NCBI GenBank assembly: GCA_017610205.1
Contig: JAFCCL010000004.1
Location: 58,220-122,219, forward strand
Reading direction: 5' to 3'
Source of the DNA: Candidatus Iainarchaeum sp.
Lineage (GTDB): Archaea; Iainarchaeota; Iainarchaeia; Iainarchaeales; GCA-2688035
Length of the DNA: 64,000 bases
Under the pieces are notes generated by a model. The model saw nothing but the letters and a program-made list of their open reading frames with translations, had not been told where the DNA came from and ran no database searches. How positions within the stretch are numbered: the stretch's first letter is position 1; the number at the start of each line of letters is the position of its first letter. A program made the position numbers and the translations under genes. Shown in pieces: positions 57,293-64,000 of the stretch.

Positions 57293-57852
57293 TTCATCAA
57301 ATCCTTAATTAAAAGCAAAACCTGCTTTTTTGTATTTGCAGGAGTCTTGCCATTATCAATAATGTAATGTGCTCTTTTAATCTTTTTCTTTGAAGGAAGC
57401 TGGGCATTCCAGCGCAGAAGGGCATGCTTTCTTGCAAGTCCTTTTTCTGCAAGCCTTTCAAGGCACTTTTTCTTAGAAGCCCTTACAAAGAGAACTGAAT
57501 CAAACCTTTTTTCCCAGCTTGCTTCAAACAACAAAGGAACTTCAACAACTGCAAGTTCTGCTCCTCGTTTTCTGAAAACCGAAAGCTTTTTCTTTACAGC
57601 ACGCCAAACAAGAGGGTGAAGGATTTTTTCAAGCTTTCTTCGCTTTGAAGGAGAAGAAAAAATAATGGAAGCGATTTCGTCTCGCTTGCAGGTGCCGAAA
57701 ATGAGAAGGATTTTTTTCTGTACTTCGATATCCTTGTAAAGCAAAGCAACAATCTTATCAGAGTCAACAACCGGCACGAGCATTGAACGCACAAATTTTA
57801 GGACAGTTGTTTTTCCAGAACCAATATTTCCTGTAAGAGCAATCAATTTCAT
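57289..57852 (-). CDS. coaE: Dephospho-CoA kinase, bacterial type
   Basis: LTGNIGSGKTT, D.D.I, LE.ILHP.V, EVPLLFE and IIDN. Confidence 0.94.
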   Translation of the reverse strand: MKLIALTGNIGSGKTTVLKFVRSMLVPVVDSDKIVALLYKDIEVQKKILLIFGTCKRDEIASIIFSSPSKRRKLEKILHPLVWRAVKKKLSVFRKRGAELAVVEVPLLFEASWEKRFDSVLFVRASKKKCLERLAEKGLARKHALLRWNAQLPSKKKIKRAHYIIDNGKTPANTKKQVLLLIKDLMK

Positions 57853-57966
57853 TCAAAATGAATTGATGAAAAGTTAATTTAAACCGCGCGCTGTTGATTA
57901 AAAACATTTAAATTGGAGTTGCGCGTTAGATATATATTAACTAATTGTTTTGCGAGAGGCGATTGA

Positions 57967-59163
57967 TTGAAAATAGTGATGGTAACAAGTTGGCCGCCAA
58001 GACATTGCGGAATTGCAACATATAGTCAGGATGTTGTAAGAGCTTTGAGAAAGGAGGGGCACGAAGTTCATATTGTTACCTTTTCTGATTGCAAGGGCAA
58101 AAAGAACAAAAAGTTTGTGCACCCTGTTTTGAAGGTTAGAAAGAACAGGGAACTTAAGAGCGCTGGCTGGGACCAGAAACTTTTTGAAACCATTGCAAGA
58201 ATTGAACCAGATGTTATTCACATTCAGCATGAGTATGGGCTTTACCTTTACGATGACGATTACAGCACAGGACTTTTGAGGCCTTTCTTTAAATGGAAGG
58301 TTGAAACCGAAATTCCAACAGTTGTTACATACCACAGTGTTTACACAGTGCTTGATAGGGCTGAGGCAATTTATATGGATGCTGCATTAAAGCTGACTAA
58401 TGCATGCATTGTGCATGAAGAATATCAAAAAAACAATTTGCCTATTAATATTGGAAGGGTTCCAAACAACGTTTATGTTATTCCGCATGGTGCAAAGGAC
58501 ATTGTTCCGTTTATAGGGGCAAAGGAAAAGTTTAATCTTTCAGGAAAAAAGGTTGTTGGACTTATTGGTTGGTGGGAACCAAACAAGGGATTTGAACGCG
58601 TTGTAAAGGTCTGGCCAAAAATTAAGAAAGAGCTTGGGCCAAAGGCAATGCTTGTTGTTGCAGGCGATGCAAGACCTGGAAGCAGTTCTGGTCAGATTTA
58701 TAAGCCAAAGCTTTTGAAAGCGATTGAAAAAAGTTCTGCAAAGAAAAGCATTAAGGTTATTACAGGTAGTTTTTCGCCGGAACAATATGACGAGGTTTTG
58801 TCAACATTTGATTTGATGGTTTTGCCTTACAGCAGGGCTTCACAATCAGGAAATTTGGCACATTCGTTTGCTTTGGGAATTCCGTGTGTTGCAACTGCGA
58901 TGGAGGGACTTAAAGCAGAGGTTGAAGCAAGCAAAGCAGGACTTACGGTTCCACCTGGAGATGATTTAGAGTTGACTGTTGCAATAACGCATATAATGAA
59001 ACACGAAGCCCTTAGGAAAAGATATGCAAAAAATGCTGCAAAGTATGTTACAAAAAAGCTTACATGGGGAATTGTTGCAAGAAAGCATATTGCGCTTTAC
59101 GAAAAGCTCATTAAAGATTTGGCTGAGGAAAGGCAGCCAAAGAAAAAAGAAAATCCTTTTTAG
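57967..59163 (+). CDS. Glycosyltransferase family 4
   Basis: WPPRHCGIATY, HIQHEYGL, VIPHG, NKG.E and LPY....SG. Confidence 0.92.
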   Translation: MKIVMVTSWPPRHCGIATYSQDVVRALRKEGHEVHIVTFSDCKGKKNKKFVHPVLKVRKNRELKSAGWDQKLFETIARIEPDVIHIQHEYGLYLYDDDYSTGLLRPFFKWKVETEIPTVVTYHSVYTVLDRAEAIYMDAALKLTNACIVHEEYQKNNLPINIGRVPNNVYVIPHGAKDIVPFIGAKEKFNLSGKKVVGLIGWWEPNKGFERVVKVWPKIKKELGPKAMLVVAGDARPGSSSGQIYKPKLLKAIEKSSAKKSIKVITGSFSPEQYDEVLSTFDLMVLPYSRASQSGNLAHSFALGIPCVATAMEGLKAEVEASKAGLTVPPGDDLELTVAITHIMKHEALRKRYAKNAAKYVTKKLTWGIVARKHIALYEKLIKDLAEERQPKKKENPF

Positions 59164-59175
59164 TGGTGTTGGGAA

Positions 59176-60345
59176 TTGAGAAAAACTGACTGGATTCATT
59201 TCCTCGGCAGTTATCCGCCGCGCGAGTGCGGAATTGCTACTTTTACACAGGATATAGTAAATTCAATTGAAAGAAAAAAAAACACCGGGTTTGAATGTAA
59301 AGTTACGGCAATGAATGAAAACCTTTACAGTACATACAGTTATCCAAAAAATGTAACTATGCAAATTGACCAGGATGACCAGGAGTCGTATTTAATTGCT
59401 GCTGAAAAACTCAATAGGGGAAAGAGAAGCAGGGTTGTGTGCTTGCAGCACGAATTTGGCTTGTTTGGAGGAGACTTTGGAGAATATATTATTCCTTTTT
59501 TGGAAGAGCTTGAAAAGCCGGTTGTTACAACATTTCACAGCATTCTGCCAGGAAGCCCGGATATTGAAAGGCAGCGCAAATATGTTGTAAAAAAAATTTG
59601 CCAGAATTCTGCAAAAGTTGTTTCAATAAGTGGCTACGGCAAGGACATTTTAATGAACAAATACGGAATTCCAGAGAGTAAAATTGCGGTAATACCACAC
59701 GGAGTTCCTCATATTCCATTCAGAGAAGAGGCAAAGGCAAAAAAAGATCTTGGAATCCAGGATAGGAAAGTTTTGTCAACTTTTGGCCTGATGGACAGAA
59801 GAAAGGGAATTCATTTTGCCATAAGAGCAATGCCTCGTATAATAGAGGAAAATCCAAATGCATTGTATATGGTAATAGGCGAAACACACCCTGTAGTTAG
59901 AAAGCATCAGGGAGAAAGGTATAGGAATTATCTTAAAACACTTGTAAAACAGCTTGGCTTAAAAGACCACGTCAAATTTGAAAACAGATTCCTTTCCCTC
60001 GAAGAGTTATGCAAATATATACAGGCTACCGATGTGTACCTAACTCCGTACTATGACCCAAACCAGATAAGTTCCGGGACACTGGCATATGCAGTTGGTT
60101 CTGGCACTGCCTGTGTTGCAACGCCTTTCCTTTACGCAAAAGATGTTTTAAGGCATGGCAGGGGTTCTCTTGTGAAATTCAAAAGCAGCAAGTGCATGGC
60201 AACAGCAGTTAACAAAATACTTTCAAACAGGAAACTCAGATTAAGGCTTGAAAGAAATGCATTTAATTATACAAAGGGCTGGCACTGGCCAGAAATAAGT
60301 GCAAGCTATATTGACCTTTTTAACCATGTTTGCGATGCAAAATAG
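59176..60345 (+). CDS. Glycosyltransferase family 4
   Basis: YPPRECGIATFT, LQHEFGLFGG, VIPHG, KG and TPY....QISSGTLAYA. Confidence 0.93.
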   Translation: MRKTDWIHFLGSYPPRECGIATFTQDIVNSIERKKNTGFECKVTAMNENLYSTYSYPKNVTMQIDQDDQESYLIAAEKLNRGKRSRVVCLQHEFGLFGGDFGEYIIPFLEELEKPVVTTFHSILPGSPDIERQRKYVVKKICQNSAKVVSISGYGKDILMNKYGIPESKIAVIPHGVPHIPFREEAKAKKDLGIQDRKVLSTFGLMDRRKGIHFAIRAMPRIIEENPNALYMVIGETHPVVRKHQGERYRNYLKTLVKQLGLKDHVKFENRFLSLEELCKYIQATDVYLTPYYDPNQISSGTLAYAVGSGTACVATPFLYAKDVLRHGRGSLVKFKSSKCMATAVNKILSNRKLRLRLERNAFNYTKGWHWPEISASYIDLFNHVCDAK

Positions 60346-60457
60346 GCAAAACAAACTTTTGGTAATCTTCTTTTTAATTGGCTTTGAAGCAGTGGGTTAG
60401 CTTTTTAAAGAAGTTAATGCCTATATCTTCAAAGAATTAAAAAAGCGGTGCAGGCAG

Positions 60458-61156
60458 ATGGTTGAACCAATTAGGACAAAAACAGGCGTTCCAGGTCTTG
60501 ACGAAATACTTTACGGTGGCATACCGCAAAATAATCTTGTTGTTATAAGCGGAGACCCTGGTTCAGGAAAAACAGGGCTTGTAATTGAATATCTTTACAA
60601 TGGAGTAATAAAGTATAATGAGCCAGGGTTGTATATTTCGCTTGAAGAATCAGCAGAGGACATAATCGGATTTGCAGAGCTTTTTGGGTGGGATATCAGG
60701 GCACTTATTAACAAAAAATTGCTTAACATTATTACGATTGAATTGTATGATTTTGATAAGCTTAAGAACACAATTGAAGACGAAGCAAAAAGGCTTGGAG
60801 CAAAAAGGCTTGTTATTGACCCAGGGGTTGTTTTTAGGCTTTATTTTGACAGAGAGCTTGATGCAAGAAAAAGAATTCTTTCATTGGGAAGGATGCTGAA
60901 AAGAATTGGATGCACAGCAATAATAACAAACGAAATAAGCCTTGAAAAGTCAAGCAGCCTTTTTGGTCTTGAAGAATATGTAGCTGATGGAGTAATATTG
61001 TTATACCACACAAAATTGGAGGACAGGTTTATTAGAAGCATTGGAATTTTAAAAATGCGGGGAACAAAAATTAGCGAGAAATTGCACCCTATAAGAATTA
61101 CCAGTACCGGGGTAAAGGTTTTGGCAAAACAGGAACTGTTTGAGGACGTGAAGTAA
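60458..61156 (+). CDS. KaiC/RAD55-like single-domain ATPase
   Basis: TGVPGLDE...GG.P, GDPGSGKT, SLEE, RLVID, DGVI.L and ILKMRGT. Confidence 0.92.
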   Translation: MVEPIRTKTGVPGLDEILYGGIPQNNLVVISGDPGSGKTGLVIEYLYNGVIKYNEPGLYISLEESAEDIIGFAELFGWDIRALINKKLLNIITIELYDFDKLKNTIEDEAKRLGAKRLVIDPGVVFRLYFDRELDARKRILSLGRMLKRIGCTAIITNEISLEKSSSLFGLEEYVADGVILLYHTKLEDRFIRSIGILKMRGTKISEKLHPIRITSTGVKVLAKQELFEDVK

Positions 61157-61801
61157 ATGCCTGAACTTGTTAAGCAAAAGAAAAGTCAGGCTGAAGAAAT
61201 TGACGAGTTGATGGCATATATTGAACAAGGCGGTTCTATTGGAATGGAAATGGAAAAAAAGTTAGAGGACATGCCTGAAAAGTATGTTGTTTTGCTTGTA
61301 ATAAACAAAGATAAGTATGACCTGCTTATTGCAAACGTTGTCAAGAATTTTGCCAAAAAAGGGTTTTCAGGAATTTTTGTAAGCTTGAACAAAAGCAGTG
61401 AAGAGCTTATTAGAATGCTGGAAAAAAACGGAATAGGTTGCAGTGGACTTTTTGTTATTGATGCAGTTTCAAAAGAGGAATCAAGGTCAAAAGCAAGTAA
61501 AAATATTTCCTACGTTGATTCACCACAGGACCTTACAGAAATGGAGGCACAAATAATTGATTTTGCCAAAGATATGGAGATGGGAAAAAGTTTTCTTGTA
61601 CTGGACAGCCTTTCAACATTACTTGTTTACAATGCAGAAAAAACTGTTGAAAAGTTTGTGCACGGACTTGGAGAAAAAATGAAGGAACTTGGTTTCAAAA
61701 CCGTTTTTACTATACGAAGCAAAACCAGACCAGAAATAATGGATGTGTTGATACAATTTTGCGACAAAGTTGTAAGATCCGAACCAAGTATTAATCCTTA
61801 A
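61157..61801 (+). CDS. Degenerate RecA/KaiC-fold protein lacking Walker A
   Basis: GIFVSLNK, FVIDAVS, SPQDLT, LVLDSLSTLLVYN and FCDKV. Confidence 0.75.
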   Translation: MPELVKQKKSQAEEIDELMAYIEQGGSIGMEMEKKLEDMPEKYVVLLVINKDKYDLLIANVVKNFAKKGFSGIFVSLNKSSEELIRMLEKNGIGCSGLFVIDAVSKEESRSKASKNISYVDSPQDLTEMEAQIIDFAKDMEMGKSFLVLDSLSTLLVYNAEKTVEKFVHGLGEKMKELGFKTVFTIRSKTRPEIMDVLIQFCDKVVRSEPSINP

Positions 61802-61835
61802 ACAGGAATAAAATAGTAATCCTTAAACAAGTAAA
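61786..61835. repeat. Degenerate 25-bp tandem duplication spanning a stop codon
   Basis: TAATCCTTAAACA at 61792 and 61817; about 20 of 25 identity over the full unit. Confidence 0.65.
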
Positions 61836-61846
61836 ATTGAAGAAAA

Positions 61847-63133
61847 TTAATTCTTGAGCAAAATCTTTTTTTCAAAAACTCTGCTTAAAAGCGTTTGAAT
61901 TTCAAGCTTTGAATCTGCAACAGAAGAAAGCGCATTTTTATGGCCATTCTTTGCCCCGATAATGTCACTTTCTGTTTGGCGCTGTTTTTCAGCAAGTTCC
62001 TTCAGCAAAGCAAGAAGCTTTGATTCATTTTCACTTGCTGGTGAGCAGGAAAGCTGTTTTTCAATTGCCAAAATTTCAGAATCAATTTTGTTTAATTTCC
62101 AAAACAGGTCTGAAAAAAAATCAAATGAAAGAAGTTCTGAAATGACTGCAAGCTTTTTTTCTTTTTCCTTTGGCTTAAGCTCTATTAGGCCTGAATCAAT
62201 CGCGCTTTTTGCTTCAAGCAAAACTAATTTGAGAGTTTCTGCTTTTGGATCAAGCTTTAACGCTTTTACAGGATTAAGCAAAAGCCTGCTTAGGAAAGAA
62301 GCCTGCTTTTCAGGCAGTAAAATTTTGCCTGCTTTTACGGCTTTTCCAAGCCTGTGAAGCGGCTTTTCAATTTTTGCAAAAATGTCAAGCAGTTCTGTTT
62401 TTGCATTCTGTTTTTCCCGCAAAAGCTTTGCCTTTTGTTCATTCAAAGAAGCAATTTCCTTAAATTCAGAGCCTTGCCTTAACTCATTTAAATCAGACTC
62501 AAGCCTTGTTTTTTTTACAGTGATTGTTTTAATGTTTTTTTCAAATTCTGCAATTGACACCAACGCAGCAGCAGAAGTTTTTTCTTTTTCGTCAATTAAA
62601 ACAAGCAGTTTGTTCAGCTTTTCTCCGGCAAAAACAGCGCTGTTTTTGTCAAACGAATTTTTAAGTTTGTGAAAGGTGTTATTTACCTGTTTTAGATTTT
62701 CTCCAATGCTTTTCATTTCTTCCTTAAATGAAATTCCTGCATATGCAACGTTTTTTCCAAAATGGCCTGCCTGCTGCATTGCCTGAATTGATTCTATGCA
62801 AAAAGCCCTTAGCTCTACAAGGTTTTCTGTGTTTGGAGGGTCCAATTTTTTAAGCAAGGGAAACAACTGCTTTAATGCATTGGATTTTGCAGTGCTTACA
62901 ATTCTGTCAATTCTTCCACTTTTTTTTAACTGTTCGGCAACGCCAAGGCTTTCAAGCATTTCCTTTGTTTCTCGCAAAAGATGCCTTATTTCAGCAAGGC
63001 TTTTTCCGGCCTCTTCAAGCAGTTTTTTTTTCCTTGACAAGGCCTCTTTTTCAAGAAATTCCCTTGTTTGACCAAGCTCTAGCTCAATTTGTTCTGCTTC
63101 CTTCTTTCCAAAAATGTTTCCAAAAAAACCCAT
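61847..63133 (-). CDS. Coiled-coil hypothetical protein
   Basis: 428-aa ORF starting MGFFGNIFGKK, with heptad-rich helices. Confidence 0.8.
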   Translation of the reverse strand: MGFFGNIFGKKEAEQIELELGQTREFLEKEALSRKKKLLEEAGKSLAEIRHLLRETKEMLESLGVAEQLKKSGRIDRIVSTAKSNALKQLFPLLKKLDPPNTENLVELRAFCIESIQAMQQAGHFGKNVAYAGISFKEEMKSIGENLKQVNNTFHKLKNSFDKNSAVFAGEKLNKLLVLIDEKEKTSAAALVSIAEFEKNIKTITVKKTRLESDLNELRQGSEFKEIASLNEQKAKLLREKQNAKTELLDIFAKIEKPLHRLGKAVKAGKILLPEKQASFLSRLLLNPVKALKLDPKAETLKLVLLEAKSAIDSGLIELKPKEKEKKLAVISELLSFDFFSDLFWKLNKIDSEILAIEKQLSCSPASENESKLLALLKELAEKQRQTESDIIGAKNGHKNALSSVADSKLEIQTLLSRVFEKKILLKN

Positions 63134-63359
63134 TGCAATAAAAATAAGGGATAAAAGGGATTTAAAGCAATTGCTTGCAAAACAGCACTTAATTGAACCG
63201 TTTGCAAGACCAACTTTCCTACGAAAAAGTGAAAAGTGGCTTAGATGCTGTCAGGAGAGATTGTAAAAAAAATGAACAGGAAAAGATAATCTAATTAACC
63301 ACCTTTCAGACTCCAGTTAGCTAATTAAATAAGAGAATTCGACTTCTTTTTAACTTTTT

Positions 63360-63619
63360 TTATCTGAACAGTTTTCTTTTCTTAACAGTAATTATTCCAT
63401 CATCTATATACTTCGTTTTGCTAAATTGTTTTTTGCTAGAGGTTCGTCTTGAGTTTATCTTAGCTATTTCCTTTTTAAGAAAATTCTCTGTTGCAGTTAC
63501 CATTTTTTTAATCCTAACAGTGTCAATGCCTTCAATTTTTGCCTTCCACCAAATTCTTCTCATAAGTCTTGTCGCGACTTTTTTTCCTCTAAAACCCTCC
63601 TTTATATAGATTCCCTGAA
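63360..63619 (-). pseudogene. 3' fragment of a GNAT acetyltransferase-like gene cut by the IS200 element
   Basis: LQGIYIKEGFRGKKVATRLM resembles GNAT motif A and begins exactly at the IS right end. Confidence 0.55.
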
Positions 63620-64000
63620 GTGAACTACCTGCCCGTGAAGGGGCAGGGGTCCGCGGGTCCAAATCAGTTACAGTTTAACAGTGTTGTTTGTGCTTGAACT
63701 GGTTTGTTTGCTGTCCAGTGTTTTTTCTGGCTTTCGTTGACGTATTTTTTCATGGTTTCTGCTGTTACTGCTCCGACTGTTTTGTGGAAGTATCCGTCGC
63801 TCCACATGCTGTCACCATACAGGCCTTTAACTGTTAGTCTGACGGGAAGTTTTTGTCTTATGACTCTTGCACTTGCACCCTTGAATCTTTGAGCGAGTTC
63901 TGCTATGCTGTAATTTTTCCAGTCTGCAACAAATATGTGAGCATTGTCTGGTCCCAACCCCATGCCAACAAGTTGCACATGGAGCCTTGCAGCAATCTCT
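63620..64000 (-). mobile_element. IS200-type element (right part)
   Basis: The tnpA 3' end is followed by the hairpin CTGCCC-CTTCAC-GGGCAG and terminal TAGTTCA(C). Confidence 0.8.
63664..64000 (-). CDS. tnpA: IS200/IS605 Y1 HUH transposase (partial, start beyond right edge)
   Basis: FKGASAR, WSDGYF..TVG and KKYV..SQ (catalytic Tyr). The HUH position reads PDNAHIF. Frame is open to the window end. Confidence 0.9.
   Translation of the reverse strand, partial: EIAARLHVQLVGMGLGPDNAHIFVADWKNYSIAELAQRFKGASARVIRQKLPVRLTVKGLYGDSMWSDGYFHKTVGAVTAETMKKYVNESQKKHWTANKPVQAQTTLLNCN

Overview
AT-rich archaeal chromosome segment, most consistent with a DPANN lineage such as Diapherotrites/Iainarchaeota. This is inferred from Tyw1, a geranylgeranyl reductase, class III signal-peptide pilins and GAGGTG-type Shine-Dalgarno sites alongside bacterial-type gap, coaD and coaE. 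It carries housekeeping and sugar genes, a gap-pgk-group 3b [NiFe]-hydrogenase run with a minimal atypical maturation cluster, an IS605-family tnpB element, an IS200 tnpA at the right edge and a free-standing LAGLIDADG gene. A ~23 kb type IV pilus locus holds two paralogous 5-gene minor-pilin/vWA-adhesin cassettes, an intein-bearing assembly ATPase and two TadC-like proteins. The strongest novel signal is a family of ~55-65 nt GC-rich structured repeats at three loci (30769-30909, 38625-38816, 41401-41465). Each unit is a hairpin with a GA/GAA internal loop followed by an H-type pseudoknot, supported by several compensatory base changes. The units form chimeric concatemers. One insertion is flanked by a perfect 22-bp duplication and another sits in frame in a pilin signal peptide, which suggests an undescribed small, possibly RNA-templated, mobile element. 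No rRNA, tRNA or CRISPR array was recognised. All calls come from reading motifs by eye; no database searches were run.
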